IMG/VR virus record: IMGVR_UViG_3300020046_005360
Direction: 5' to 3' (one strand)
Length of the DNA: 64,000 nt
Source: a virus
Lineage: Duplodnaviria; Caudoviricetes
In this document: piece after piece, positions 9,666-20,661 of the stretch
How positions within the stretch are numbered: the first letter of the stretch is position 1
How the letters are laid out: each line of letters starts with the position of its first letter
Made by a program: the position numbers and the translations under genes
The notes under the pieces: model-generated
Told to the model about the DNA's origin: nothing
The model's database searches: none
Seen by the model: the letters and a program-made list of their open reading frames with translations, nothing else

Positions 9666-10130
9666 CTATTCTTGGTAAATTCCACTATTTTTTGTATTCT
9701 CATTACATTCAACTTTAACGACTTTAACTCTTCCACCTTCAGTTTTAGAAAATACATCATTAAATTTATTGAATACTAATTTAGCAGCACTTTCTGCTCC
9801 AATTCTATCCATAGTAACTAGTTTAAGTAATCCTAATTCTTCCATCATTTGAAATGATTCTAATTGTGGATCATCTTTTTCAATAATTGTAGTATGATCA
9901 AACATATCATTTAACCAATCTTTCAAACCATTTCTACTAAATAATCCAAAATCAACTATCCAATTCATTTCATCAAGTTGATCTTCTTCATAACCATCTT
10001 TGGAAGCAAACCATACTTTAAATGTAAATGCATAACCATGTAATAATTGACAATGACTATGTTGCGCTTTGTGTTGTCTAATAGCAACAGAAAAATTATC
10101 AAATATTTTTGTTGATAAATAAGTACCCAT
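9666..10130 (-). CDS. queD: 6-carboxy-tetrahydropterin synthase
   Basis: SHCQLLHGY, WIVDFG, FDHT, AESAA, E..KNS. Confidence 0.9.
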   Translation of the reverse strand: MGTYLSTKIFDNFSVAIRQHKAQHSHCQLLHGYAFTFKVWFASKDGYEEDQLDEMNWIVDFGLFSRNGLKDWLNDMFDHTTIIEKDDPQLESFQMMEELGLLKLVTMDRIGAESAAKLVFNKFNDVFSKTEGGRVKVVKVECNENTKNSGIYQE

Positions 10131-10214
10131 ATTTTGTATTTTTATAATTTTATTTATATGAATATATGAAGGCCTTTATAAAAGGCCTAATAATTTTTAA
10201 TATATTTTCTGAAT

Positions 10215-10865
10215 TTAGATATATTCTGCGTATTTTAACGTTAGTTGAATTCGTTCTTGTAAACCTTTATCTCCCCCATTTATTATTTTAGATATTCTTG
10301 TTATAGTAGGAATACTAAAACCTCTATCACATTCTTTCCATACTCCAAATCTTGAAAAGTAGAACATAGCTGACTCGAATGCATATTTAGTTGCTACTAA
10401 ATCTGGGTTTGTCATTATTTCTGGATCTTTTATAAATTGTGAGAATAATAAATAATTTGCTCTACCTGTTAATTGTAACGCCCCTCTTCCTCTAAATTTC
10501 CAACCATCTCCCGACGCTTCATTTCCATTACCATTTTGATTTGCATAAACAAAATTAGCAATAGCTTCAGGTTTACTAACATATTTTTTAGCAAATTCTA
10601 ATTCTTGTGGAGAAATTACTTTATCTTTATTTAAATCGAAATCATGTTTAAATACTCTAGCTAAATTTTCGGCACTTTTATAGTTTAAATTTTCAATAAA
10701 AGTATCAAAATGACCAGTCTCATGATTTACTTGTGCAAAAAAATGTGCTCCCCTTTGAAGAGTTGTTATTTTAAGATATTTACATGTTGCTTTAAAAGTA
10801 TTTTTACCAAATACCCCATCAGGTTCTACTCCACTATTTTTTTGTAATATCTGTAACGAATTCAT
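10215..10865 (-). CDS. endolysin, GH19 chitinase-like, with N-terminal peptidoglycan-binding motif
   Basis: DGVFGKNT; FFAQVNHET; FRGRGALQLTGRANY; INGG. Confidence 0.9.
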   Translation of the reverse strand: MNSLQILQKNSGVEPDGVFGKNTFKATCKYLKITTLQRGAHFFAQVNHETGHFDTFIENLNYKSAENLARVFKHDFDLNKDKVISPQELEFAKKYVSKPEAIANFVYANQNGNGNEASGDGWKFRGRGALQLTGRANYLLFSQFIKDPEIMTNPDLVATKYAFESAMFYFSRFGVWKECDRGFSIPTITRISKIINGGDKGLQERIQLTLKYAEYI

Positions 10866-10867
10866 AT

Positions 10868-11104
10868 TTATTCTTCTTTTGATTTATTAATATTAGACCA
10901 AGTAGTTAAACCAAATAAGGCTGCAATAAAAGTATAGTCAATTGTTAACACCATTTCTAATTGTGTTAAATTACCTATCATTAACCATTTAGTATGAACA
11001 ATAATTACTAATACAATTAACACGAATGCTGTTAATTTTTTAGAGCTAAATCCTTCCTCATTAGTTTTAAAACTATTTAATAAATCATCTAATATTTTTT
11101 TCAT
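10868..11104 (-). CDS. small 2-TM holin-like protein
   Basis: Two hydrophobic segments; adjacent to the endolysin. Confidence 0.55.
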   Translation of the reverse strand: MKKILDDLLNSFKTNEEGFSSKKLTAFVLIVLVIIVHTKWLMIGNLTQLEMVLTIDYTFIAALFGLTTWSNINKSKEE

Positions 11105-11116
11105 TTTTAAATATTA

Positions 11117-11728
11117 TTAAATAGATTTTTCTTCTTCATCTTCTTCAAATATATTATCGAATGAAGAATCTATTTTGTTAGTAATTTTTTTCTCAAATAA
11201 ATTTAGTATATTATCCCAAAATTTAAATATTCTTGGTTTATATCCATATATTTTTTCATGATTTTCTCCTATACTATGAATTTCAAATCCACAAGATAAT
11301 AACCAAACAGTTCCTTGTAAACTTATACTAATAATATAAACCCAAGTTAGACCCATTATTTCTATCATTATTGAGGTTACTGCTAATAAAAATGACAATA
11401 ACGATACTCCTAATAATTTCCATAATGTTCTATATAACTTATAAGATTTTACATAAGGTTTTTTTGGATCTTTAAATTTTATTAAACTCTTATGTTTAGC
11501 TGCTTTTAAACCTGTTATCAAATCCGCTAGGCACACAATACAGAACATTATAGTTCCTACTACCATTAACACTATTGGAATTAATAAATGTTTAAGATCA
11601 GTACCATTCGTTAAAGTTTCAAACCAAAAAGTTAAAGGCATAGATAATGAAAACGACAACAATGATAATGTTCCTTTTTTAAATGATATTATTTTCCATA
11701 TAAAATTTAACGCTACTTCAAATACCAT
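11117..11728 (-). CDS. holin-family membrane protein
   Basis: ADLITGL..A, S..L.RT..K, E..SI.EN holin-like pattern; several TM segments. Confidence 0.65.
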   Translation of the reverse strand: MVFEVALNFIWKIISFKKGTLSLLSFSLSMPLTFWFETLTNGTDLKHLLIPIVLMVVGTIMFCIVCLADLITGLKAAKHKSLIKFKDPKKPYVKSYKLYRTLWKLLGVSLLSFLLAVTSIMIEIMGLTWVYIISISLQGTVWLLSCGFEIHSIGENHEKIYGYKPRIFKFWDNILNLFEKKITNKIDSSFDNIFEEDEEEKSI

Positions 11729-12168
11729 TTAATAAAATTTATTGATATTAATAATATTATTGTGCTTAATAATATAGGTTGGATGAAAATAACATATGTT
11801 ATAGCAGGAAATGATATTAATAATGATATTAAAGATATAACTTGAACAAATGAAAACATACAACTTATTATTTTCGTACTCAAACAACTAGTATATCGAA
11901 AAGACTTAAATATAAAAAATAAACTAAATATAAATAATTCTAAAGTTGCAAATAATGGGAACCAAAACAATAAATAATTATCCCCTTTATTAGTAATTAT
12001 TGCTGGATTGTTGCTATCTGGTATAAAAAAAGAAATTATTTCTATAAATGATACTAAAAAAATTACCAAAGCCATAGAATAATCTAATGTTTTTTTATTA
12101 CTTATCTCTTTTACTTTAGTGATTAGAGAAGTTTTCTTTCCTAAACTTTCATCAGGTATTCTGGGCAT
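11713..12168 (-). CDS. 4-TM membrane protein of the lysis cassette
   Basis: Four hydrophobic helices. Confidence 0.55.
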   Translation of the reverse strand: MPRIPDESLGKKTSLITKVKEISNKKTLDYSMALVIFLVSFIEIISFFIPDSNNPAIITNKGDNYLLFWFPLFATLELFIFSLFFIFKSFRYTSCLSTKIISCMFSFVQVISLISLLISFPAITYVIFIQPILLSTIILLISINFIKWYLK

Positions 12169-12300
12169 AATATGTAGGTTAAAATATACTCATAAATATA
12201 TAAGGCCCCTATAAGGGGCCGAATAATTTAATTAATTTCTAATGAAAGAGTGTAGATCCAACATTCTACTCCCATATATTTATATATCATGTTTTATTTA

Positions 12301-14523
12301 TTAAAATGTTACTTCACACTGTCCTCCACTACAAGCAAGAGCTCCCATAGTGTCAATATCGACATAATTAGGTTCTTTCAAAATAGAAGGATAATCAATT
12401 AATTTAAAATTTCTAGAAACTGTATTCCATTTATGCCAAAGGTGGATATCTTTTAAACAATATATCGTTTTGTTCATATCTCCTTTGAAATAATTTTTAG
12501 CAAATTGTTTAGTTCTTCTAATCCAATCTTTTTTCAAAAGTACTTGTTCTCTTGTTCCAACAATAGGGGAAGTGGGGTCAGATACAGTTCCAGTGGCAGT
12601 CCATAAATCACCATTAAAATAATGTAACCCATCCACAATTAATCCAGATGCAAACAACACCCCATTTCCATATTTAGATATTAATTCTTCCGTATTTAAC
12701 ACTGATGTAAAAGGAGATTGTGGATAATCTTTATCCCCAAATAATGATAAGAAAGATACTGCTGAGAAGTTATCTTGATGTTCAAATATATAATCTACAA
12801 CTTCTTCTTTATTATCAATAATAACAGTATTACTTACATTATGGTTGGCTGTTTTTATATAGCATGCTTCTTCTCTTTTACCTTCAGTCACCCAGTATTT
12901 TTGAACTAATTCGATTAATTTAAGGTGTTTTACTCCTTGAACTTCATCTTTATACATTGTTACTTCGTTATTTTCACAAGGAGAATAAACAACATAATCC
13001 GTTTTAGTGCTACTCCATACTGATTCTTCCAATAATTCAGGGCATGTTTCTTCTAAATATTTAGCAGTATCACTATCTTTATTTAATTGCATTATTCTAA
13101 AATATCTTTTAGAATGTTCTGGATGGATTCCCGATGGTGTTTTTAGAATTACCGAAGCATTTCCAGAAGGTTTTACTGTTGTAGTACGTGCAGCTACATT
13201 TAATCCTAAAACTTTAGCAACCTCTTCATTAACTTGTTTTACAATATGAGCCCCTTTTGTTAGTATATCAGCATTAAATAATTCAGGTCTAGCCATCCAA
13301 CCTGTTATTGATACTCCTAATAAAGCTTCACCAGCTACTATTTCTTCAGTCTCTTTTCCTAAATATGGGAAAGTAGTATAACCAGCTTGCATTGTTCCTA
13401 CAATAGAAGCCTTTCTACATAATTCGTAGAATTTCTCTTCACTAAATCTTCCTTTTTTATCAGAACAAGCAGAAGCACTAATTTCATTTAAATTACAAAA
13501 TTGAAATACAGCATAATTTTTATCTTTAATTTGTTCATAAAAATTAAATTGAATTTCAAAACATGGATTAAACATATCATCATCGTGAGACATAAATACA
13601 AATCCAAGATCATTATCTCCTTCATTTAATGCTACTAAATCTTCAAATTGTTTCTTAGTAAATTTATTTCTTAGAAGACCTACAGAGTTATTACTTCTAG
13701 CTCTCCATGGATGTTTAGTTCTCCAATCACCCACCTTAGCATTAATCATCTCTTCATCATCTTCGTCTATAACAACGTTCATTGCTGATCTTCTGACACC
13801 TCCTGATAAAACCGCATCCGATAAATGCATGAATATATCATATACTATAATAGATCTAAATGGAGTTGAGTCTGAACTTCCTAGGTTTTTGTTTAATAAT
13901 TCTTCTATTCTTTCCAAAGATTGTTTTAGTCCATCAGGTCCTGGTGCTCTAAACCCCCCAGATATTAATGCCCCTTTAGGTCTAATTTGGGAATAATCTA
14001 ATTTAATTTCATATCCATAATATTCTTCGTATAAAGATTTATGTTTACAAAATGAACTCATTAATACCTTACAAGCTTCACCCCAACCTTCTGTTGAATC
14101 CGGGACTACAAATGTTTTAGTTCCTAATTTTCGTTTATCTATAGAAGGAAGTTGAGATATAAATTTCTTTTTTAATGAAACTCCTAATCCAGTACCTGCT
14201 AATAATATAAATAATCCCTTATTGAATACATCTGGAGAGTATGCATATGTAACGCAACAGTTGTATAACCTAGCATGATTCTTTAATATAAGATGCTCTC
14301 TAAATTGAAGATTTCTCTGTGATGATAAAAACTCTTTATTACAATATGAGTCTAATACTTCATTTATATAAGGAGTAACGATATCTCCATATTTTAAATA
14401 ATGTGTATTTAACACTTTAGCACAAGCCTCATTCCAAGTTTCATATCTTCCTAAATTTTCATCAAATTTGAGATAGTCCGTGTATAATTTTAATTGTGAA
14501 ACAAATTCTTTTCCCTTACTCAT
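12301..14523 (-). CDS. nrdJ: class II (B12-dependent) ribonucleotide reductase
   Basis: GGVRRSA, NPCFEI, FCNL, TTVKPSG, C-terminal ACSGGQCE; no small-subunit gene nearby. Confidence 0.85.
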   Translation of the reverse strand: MSKGKEFVSQLKLYTDYLKFDENLGRYETWNEACAKVLNTHYLKYGDIVTPYINEVLDSYCNKEFLSSQRNLQFREHLILKNHARLYNCCVTYAYSPDVFNKGLFILLAGTGLGVSLKKKFISQLPSIDKRKLGTKTFVVPDSTEGWGEACKVLMSSFCKHKSLYEEYYGYEIKLDYSQIRPKGALISGGFRAPGPDGLKQSLERIEELLNKNLGSSDSTPFRSIIVYDIFMHLSDAVLSGGVRRSAMNVVIDEDDEEMINAKVGDWRTKHPWRARSNNSVGLLRNKFTKKQFEDLVALNEGDNDLGFVFMSHDDDMFNPCFEIQFNFYEQIKDKNYAVFQFCNLNEISASACSDKKGRFSEEKFYELCRKASIVGTMQAGYTTFPYLGKETEEIVAGEALLGVSITGWMARPELFNADILTKGAHIVKQVNEEVAKVLGLNVAARTTTVKPSGNASVILKTPSGIHPEHSKRYFRIMQLNKDSDTAKYLEETCPELLEESVWSSTKTDYVVYSPCENNEVTMYKDEVQGVKHLKLIELVQKYWVTEGKREEACYIKTANHNVSNTVIIDNKEEVVDYIFEHQDNFSAVSFLSLFGDKDYPQSPFTSVLNTEELISKYGNGVLFASGLIVDGLHYFNGDLWTATGTVSDPTSPIVGTREQVLLKKDWIRRTKQFAKNYFKGDMNKTIYCLKDIHLWHKWNTVSRNFKLIDYPSILKEPNYVDIDTMGALACSGGQCEVTF

Positions 14524-14624
14524 TTTATTTGTTAATTGTTATTTTAATAATTTCTTCATCATAAACCTCTATTTCATTAATTTTACTTTGTTCCATATTT
14601 TTTCTTTAGTTGTAATAATAAATA

Positions 14625-15995
14625 TTATTCTATACTAAAAGCTTTGAATTTTGAAAGTAATAATTCTTTTTCTTCCTTTTGGACTTCGTTTGGATTTTTT
14701 GATTTAGGTTTTTGATCCTGATAAGACTCAGTATCATCATATTCATCTAAGAATTCAAACCCACCATAAGATGTGTCTATATTCATATTATATGTCATTC
14801 CATCAGGACCGTATCTATTTTTTTGAATATGTCCTCTTCCTTTACCTGATGTTTTATCTTTTTTGAGTCTAGATAAAGACATACCGAAATCAACGATTGC
14901 TTGTTTAGTGTAACTTCCAGAGGTTTTATCTCCTTCAACTACTTCATCTTTGGCCCCAGCTCTGTTTACTTGAGATACAGACCAAATTGGTTTGTTTAAT
15001 TCTTTAGCTAAACCTTTAATACCATAATGAATATCATCAGCTTCTTCTAATTTGTCTCTTCGTTTAATTGGAGGTTTTAATAATTCAGCATAATCTAAAA
15101 GAATTAAATCTGCTTCAAATCCCATATCACCACATTTTTGGATGTGGGCTTTTAATGTTGACAAAGATGCTCCTTTTGGTGGGTATTCTTTGATAATAAG
15201 ATTATTCTCAAAACCAGATATTTTCTCTTTAATTTTATCTTTAAAATCACCAACTTCACTTACAGATATTTTGGTAAAACAAGCATCATATCTTTTCCCG
15301 ACATAATCCTCACCTAATTCTAAAGTATAGTGAATAATTTTATACCCTAAAGCTAAGGCAAATGCACCAATGGCAACTAGTGCCCAAGATTTACCACCAC
15401 CGGGACCTCCATAAATTAATCCATAATCTCCACCACCAAGACCTCCTTGTAATAAAGAATTGATTATATGCCAAGGAGTTGGAACAGGACTTCTACTATT
15501 TTCTAGATATCGTTTTTCAATATCTTTAGTATACTCATGTCCAATTTCTTTATTTTGTCCTGCTTTTAATGCATTTTCTATTTTATGTCTGATCTCTTCA
15601 TATTGGCCTGTGTTTAATAAATCAACAGAATCTAGAAGGGCTTGTTTTAATTTTTGATTAATACAAAATTCACTAAATTCTTGTTCAACATACTCTCTAT
15701 CTTCATTAATAATAGTAAAAATTGATTTAAGTTGTTCAGTAATAGCAACTTGAAGAACTTCATTTTCTAATTTTTTAACCTCAATTTTAAAATATTCTAG
15801 GTTTGGAGCCATATGATATTGATCGAAATATTTTAATATTTCTTCAACAACCCAACGTAAACCTATATGTTCGAAATGTTCAACTTCTATAACATCTCGT
15901 ATATTCAATAAAAATTGTCTTTCCTTCAAAAGGGAATTAACAACTTTAAGTTGAAAATTATGTCCATAACTCTCTAGTGATTTTAATGCACTCAT
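14625..15995 (-). CDS. DnaB/gp41-like replicative helicase
   Basis: GGPGGGKS, TLE, LDYAEL, SQVNR, KNRYG. Confidence 0.9.
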   Translation of the reverse strand: MSALKSLESYGHNFQLKVVNSLLKERQFLLNIRDVIEVEHFEHIGLRWVVEEILKYFDQYHMAPNLEYFKIEVKKLENEVLQVAITEQLKSIFTIINEDREYVEQEFSEFCINQKLKQALLDSVDLLNTGQYEEIRHKIENALKAGQNKEIGHEYTKDIEKRYLENSRSPVPTPWHIINSLLQGGLGGGDYGLIYGGPGGGKSWALVAIGAFALALGYKIIHYTLELGEDYVGKRYDACFTKISVSEVGDFKDKIKEKISGFENNLIIKEYPPKGASLSTLKAHIQKCGDMGFEADLILLDYAELLKPPIKRRDKLEEADDIHYGIKGLAKELNKPIWSVSQVNRAGAKDEVVEGDKTSGSYTKQAIVDFGMSLSRLKKDKTSGKGRGHIQKNRYGPDGMTYNMNIDTSYGGFEFLDEYDDTESYQDQKPKSKNPNEVQKEEKELLLSKFKAFSIE

Positions 15996-16000
15996 TTATT

Positions 16001-16144
16001 TTATTTAATTAATAATATTCTTAATAAGGAAAAAATAAATAATGAAATTAAAATAATTCCAAATATTATACTTCTCCTTTCATCTCTTTTACATCTAGGA
16101 CAACCATTCATATTAATTTTAATTAAACAATGTTCACACTTCAT
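16001..16144 (-). CDS. 47-aa zinc-ribbon plus TM protein (not in ORF track)
   Basis: MKCEHC..GCPRC..IIFGIILISLFIFSLL; fills the intergenic gap. Confidence 0.5.
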   Translation of the reverse strand: MKCEHCLIKINMNGCPRCKRDERRSIIFGIILISLFIFSLLRILLIK

Positions 16145-17163
16145 TATTTATACTTATTTAATGGTTCAAAATTATTACTTAACCACATATTCAAATTCAT
16201 TATACTATTTTCCAATTTATCTTCATTATAATAATTTAGAAATTTAGTTTTATTGAAATTAAATGGTTTTGATTTAACCATCTCTTCTAATCTTACCTTT
16301 TCTTGTTCTGGAATATTAGGATTTTTTAAATCCATCAACTTTTCGTTAATATACAACTGATGTTTGAAATTATATATATCTCCATACCAGGGATTGTTTT
16401 TAGATTCGATTAAGCTTTTGTCTATAATTTCTTGTAATGTAATAGGAGTTGTACCCTCTAATTCTGGGAACATTTTCATCAATTTTCCAGGTCCTATTTT
16501 AGGTACTTTTGGAACATTATCGGAAGTATCGCCTAATATAATCTTTTTATTTAGGAAATTTTGAGGCCACAATCCGAATTCTTCAAATATTAGTTCTGGT
16601 GTATAATACTTCTTTTTTATAGGTGAATATACGGAAATTTTTTCACTTACCAACTGTAAGAAATCTTGATCGGCAGAAACTATAATAGATTTATTGAATT
16701 TTGGCGCTAAATAAGCGATTACATCGTCGGCCTCTAATTTATCAACGATGGATATGGAAACAGGGAGACATTTAAGATAATCAATTAATCTTAACATCTG
16801 ATCCTTCATAGATTCTGATTCCTGTTGTAAGTTATCGAACCCCGTCCAATTTGTTATACGTTTTATTTTACGAGTACCTTTATACTCTGCGTATAGGTTT
16901 TTCTTATTTGTTATATTTCCCTCTCCGTCAAAGATTAAGATAACCCTTGTTGGGTTAATAGTATTAATCATAGCTCCTAAAGAACGTAAATATCCTGTTA
17001 GGCCTCCGGTATGATGACCTTGAGCATTGAATTTATTTATAGTACTAAAACTACGAATAAACATATTCATAGAGTCAATGAGTATTACCCTATCATTTAA
17101 TGATAGGGTTTCCTCAGTTGAATTTTCTTGTACTAAATCTAATAAATGTTGATATTTAGACAT
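16144..17163 (-). CDS. 5'-3' exonuclease / T4 RNase H-like
   Basis: LIDSMN, FDG, YKGTR, EADD, SADQDF, GDTSDN. Confidence 0.92.
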   Translation of the reverse strand: MSKYQHLLDLVQENSTEETLSLNDRVILIDSMNMFIRSFSTINKFNAQGHHTGGLTGYLRSLGAMINTINPTRVILIFDGEGNITNKKNLYAEYKGTRKIKRITNWTGFDNLQQESESMKDQMLRLIDYLKCLPVSISIVDKLEADDVIAYLAPKFNKSIIVSADQDFLQLVSEKISVYSPIKKKYYTPELIFEEFGLWPQNFLNKKIILGDTSDNVPKVPKIGPGKLMKMFPELEGTTPITLQEIIDKSLIESKNNPWYGDIYNFKHQLYINEKLMDLKNPNIPEQEKVRLEEMVKSKPFNFNKTKFLNYYNEDKLENSIMNLNMWLSNNFEPLNKYK

Positions 17164-18217
17164 TTATAAAATCTATTTCGTTATCAGATACGGTTTCCTC
17201 AGTAAATTCAAAATCTTCCGAACCTAATACCAATCCCCACTCCTTCTTATGCTCTTTTTTATAACTATCTTGAGATGATGGGGTGTCTCTTATAAAACCA
17301 TGCGCTGTACTAATAATAGTTCCTTTACCTACATTTCCTGTAACGTGATTTTTATCTACTTGAACTTTAGTTTTTAAACCCCACTCAATTACACGTTTAT
17401 CCTTAGTTACATTCAATTTTTGTGTACCATCACTTGTTATATTACCAAAAGTAATAGCCATAGAACAATCATAATACATTGAATCACCATTTTTGTTTTT
17501 CATTTTAGGTTGAGCCATAGGCATTAAAGCTGGTTCAATCCAAATTTTATTTACATAAAGTGCACTGTTTGTATATGGTTGTGACTCTTTTCGTGATAAT
17601 ACTATTTGTTGATTAACAAAATTTGCGAATTGTTGTGAAAGTGCGGCAGCATTCCACATAGGACTATTAGAACTTTTTTCTATACTCATTCTACAAGGAA
17701 TAGATCCAATAGAATCCCATAAAAACAACAAATCGTGTGGTAAATTTCCTTTTTTCTGTTCATTCAACATATCCATGATGAACTCTGCAACATCTTCAAT
17801 ACATTTTAGTCTTTCTGAATCGACATATATGAAGAACCCATTATAAGATGTGTTTCCATCTTTGTCTACTTCTCTACCCAAATCGAATCCCATAGTTTCC
17901 CAATGTTCCCAAGAGTGTTTCATTTCTGTAATAATAATTACAGGAAGGATTCCATCTTTTTGGGCTTGAACTGCTTGTTCTATAAGAAGAGTTGTTTTTC
18001 CTGTATTACTTCGACCTCTAATTAAAGTTGTATGACCTTTTGGAATACCAGGAACTTGTAATACCTCTTGCATTGATTCAGAGAACTTAATCCATTCTTG
18101 TGGTTTGTAATTAGAATTGGAACTACCTAAGTTTTTTCCAGTTTTAAACTTATCTAAAGAAAATGAAGAGTTTACTTTTGTCCCCAACTCTGAGGACAGA
18201 CTTTTTGGTTTTGCCAT
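17156..18217 (-). CDS. RecA/UvsX-like recombinase
   Basis: GRSNTGKT, WDSIGS, KNH. Confidence 0.85.
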   Translation of the reverse strand: MAKPKSLSSELGTKVNSSFSLDKFKTGKNLGSSNSNYKPQEWIKFSESMQEVLQVPGIPKGHTTLIRGRSNTGKTTLLIEQAVQAQKDGILPVIIITEMKHSWEHWETMGFDLGREVDKDGNTSYNGFFIYVDSERLKCIEDVAEFIMDMLNEQKKGNLPHDLLFLWDSIGSIPCRMSIEKSSNSPMWNAAALSQQFANFVNQQIVLSRKESQPYTNSALYVNKIWIEPALMPMAQPKMKNKNGDSMYYDCSMAITFGNITSDGTQKLNVTKDKRVIEWGLKTKVQVDKNHVTGNVGKGTIISTAHGFIRDTPSSQDSYKKEHKKEWGLVLGSEDFEFTEETVSDNEIDFINV

Positions 18218-18260
18218 AATTTAAATAAAATAATCCCTCCCCTAAGGGAGGGAATTAAAA

Positions 18261-19061
18261 TTAGTCCTTGAATAACTCGTCGAACTCATTAGCAGTAACT
18301 ACTTCTTTCTTTTTAGTAGAGGCAGTAACTACATCACCAGGTTCAGAAGGAAATGCATTTGCTTTTTCAGTAGTAACAACTGTTTTTTCTTCTTCTTTAT
18401 CTGGGTTTAACCAATCTTCTAGAAAACCTTTCATTTCATCAAAAGTAAATCTTGAATAAAAACCAATAGGGTCTGGTTGATTACTTAACCAAGCTTCAAC
18501 CTGTTTTGGGTCTTTAGAAAGTGGAGACTGTTTCATTGCAGGTCTAATTGTTGACTCTTTATATGTAGCACCTTGCACTACATCTAATTTAAAATCAAGA
18601 CCGTTCATTACATCAGTAAAATCACCAATTTCTTCATCAGCCGCCAATCCCATCAAAGTAGTATAGATTTGAGTACCAAATTCGTAGAATCTAACACCTT
18701 TGTCTTCTTCACCTCTTACAATAACAGGGGCAAATACTCTCATTTTAGGTTTAATTTTTTTAGCTAATTTCCAATCTTCGGGATCAGATGATTTACCTAA
18801 ATTTTTGGCAAATTCTACCATCGGATCTTTTTCACCAAAGTTAATTGGGGAGATGATGGTTTTTTTCCCGAACTGGTAATGCATGAAAAGCTCAATGAAG
18901 GGATTTTCTGGGTTTGTTTTTAGTGGTACGAATCTCAATAGGGATTTTCCTAATGGGGCTTTCCAGAATATCTTTGCTCTTTCTTCAGCATTCTTGGAAC
19001 TGTTACCTTTGCGTGGATTCTGGATTTGCTCCAGTTTCGATTGAATTGACTTTAAGTCCAT
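18261..19061 (-). CDS. single-stranded DNA-binding protein (gp32-like)
   Basis: FWK..G..RFVP, acidic C-terminus FDELFKD; located next to the recombinase. Confidence 0.8.
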   Translation of the reverse strand: MDLKSIQSKLEQIQNPRKGNSSKNAEERAKIFWKAPLGKSLLRFVPLKTNPENPFIELFMHYQFGKKTIISPINFGEKDPMVEFAKNLGKSSDPEDWKLAKKIKPKMRVFAPVIVRGEEDKGVRFYEFGTQIYTTLMGLAADEEIGDFTDVMNGLDFKLDVVQGATYKESTIRPAMKQSPLSKDPKQVEAWLSNQPDPIGFYSRFTFDEMKGFLEDWLNPDKEEEKTVVTTEKANAFPSEPGDVVTASTKKKEVVTANEFDELFKD

Positions 19062-19078
19062 ATTTAAAAATTAATTGA

Positions 19079-19720
19079 TTACTTAATTATTGTTAACAAA
19101 TTTCTTTTAATTTCTCTATTATATTTAGAACATAGAGGTTGATAATTTGAAAAATGACTCAACTTTAAAATTTCTTCCTCAGTAGAACCACTTGATATTG
19201 GGATTATATGGTCTATATCCCAATTTTTATTAAATTCAAGAATTCCATCCTTAGGGTTACCTTGATTATCCCAATTCATCCAAGGTTCGAATAATGATTC
19301 GATATATAATTTAAATTCTTCGAAGGTACAACCTAAAATTTGATATGTTTTAGATTTTTTAGAATAACCTCCCCATTTTAATGAACAGTAAGTTAAAGAT
19401 CTTACGATTTTTGAAATTCTAAATATAGGATCTGTTTGATATTTATTATTTTGTTGAGATTTTATTTCATCCTTATTAGATAGTCTCCAATTTTTTTGAG
19501 TTTCTTGTACTTTTTCTATATTATCGAAATAATATGATTTATTATATTCTCTTAAATATTCTTTCTTACCTTGATTTTTTTCTTGTATATTATCTTTATT
19601 TAACAAGTACCAATCCCCTCTACATTGTTTACAATTATAACTTAAACCATCTTTAGAATTTTTACTCTTACTAAATTCCACTAGTTCTTTATCTACTTTA
19701 CATTTAGTACACGTCTTCAT
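19079..19720 (-). CDS. HNH homing endonuclease
   Basis: CTKC..CKQC; WDIDHIIPIS..HFSNYQPL. Confidence 0.85.
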   Translation of the reverse strand: MKTCTKCKVDKELVEFSKSKNSKDGLSYNCKQCRGDWYLLNKDNIQEKNQGKKEYLREYNKSYYFDNIEKVQETQKNWRLSNKDEIKSQQNNKYQTDPIFRISKIVRSLTYCSLKWGGYSKKSKTYQILGCTFEEFKLYIESLFEPWMNWDNQGNPKDGILEFNKNWDIDHIIPISSGSTEEEILKLSHFSNYQPLCSKYNREIKRNLLTIIK

Positions 19721-19836
19721 ATTACTTATTTATTATGCTATAATATACAAAGGAAATTATGTATATCCAAGTATTAGGGTAAAAAAGAGGATAAAATTTA
19801 TCCTCATTGTTTATCATATTTTATTTTTATTTATAT

Positions 19837-20193
19837 TTATATTTTTCTTAGATATTTCGGGTCAATTCTAGTATTACTTCCTTCATCACTTTCAAAAGCT
19901 CCATCATAATATATTCCTTCTTCCCCTTTATCTATATATAAAGAAGCAGCATCTGGTTCCAATTCTAATATATTATCGTACCCGAGTTCATCTAACTCAT
20001 ATTTAGGAACCGCACTACTACTAAATTCATTGTATATATCTCTATCTTGATAATCACCTTTATCTCCACTAAAATGATATACGTCTGTTAATATAACACA
20101 ACGATCCCCATCTTTTACAGGTGATGGATTGTGAACTTTTATTTCAGTAAGTATTCCAGCTAATTCTTGTAATCTTTGTATTTCGTTACGCAT
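19837..20193 (-). CDS. putative capsid-targeted internal protein (RLQELAGI-TE-IKVHNP leader)
   Basis: Leader shared with 26865, 44671, 46137; acidic cargo. Confidence 0.6.
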   Translation of the reverse strand: MRNEIQRLQELAGILTEIKVHNPSPVKDGDRCVILTDVYHFSGDKGDYQDRDIYNEFSSSAVPKYELDELGYDNILELEPDAASLYIDKGEEGIYYDGAFESDEGSNTRIDPKYLRKI

Positions 20194-20202
20194 CTCCTCC
20201 CA

Positions 20203-20649
20203 TTATATTGTGATTATTTTATGAATCTTTGTTGACATTTTTTTCAATACACCATCTTGTACTAATAAAATAGAGTTTTTGTAATCACCCCAATTGATTT
20301 CATACTGAGTATCAATTTTTCCACCATTTAATTCCTGAATTAATGTATTTAAAGAATTAATGCTATATAATACGTTATGTTCTTTCTTACGGTGAAGTAA
20401 AATAGTGTTAGGAATTACTTTATCATTAATATTGAATTGATCAATATTATAAGTAGCTATTAAATTTTCTTTACCTTCAACCTGAAGTATGAATATCTTA
20501 CTATGTAATATAGTATATCTTTTAGTAATTTCTTGAATTGTATTTTCTAAGTCTTCTTCGTTGAAGAACGTAACAAATAATTTACCCATATCGTGTTTAC
20601 GATTAAAATCTAGTTCATCTATAAATACGTCGTTTTTTTGCTCTTTCAT
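20203..20649 (-). CDS. conserved phage protein
   Basis: KLFVTF, TILLHRKKE..LYSIN. Confidence 0.6.
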   Translation of the reverse strand: MKEQKNDVFIDELDFNRKHDMGKLFVTFFNEEDLENTIQEITKRYTILHSKIFILQVEGKENLIATYNIDQFNINDKVIPNTILLHRKKEHNVLYSINSLNTLIQELNGGKIDTQYEINWGDYKNSILLVQDGVLKKMSTKIHKIITI

Positions 20650-20661
20650 AATCTTAATTTA

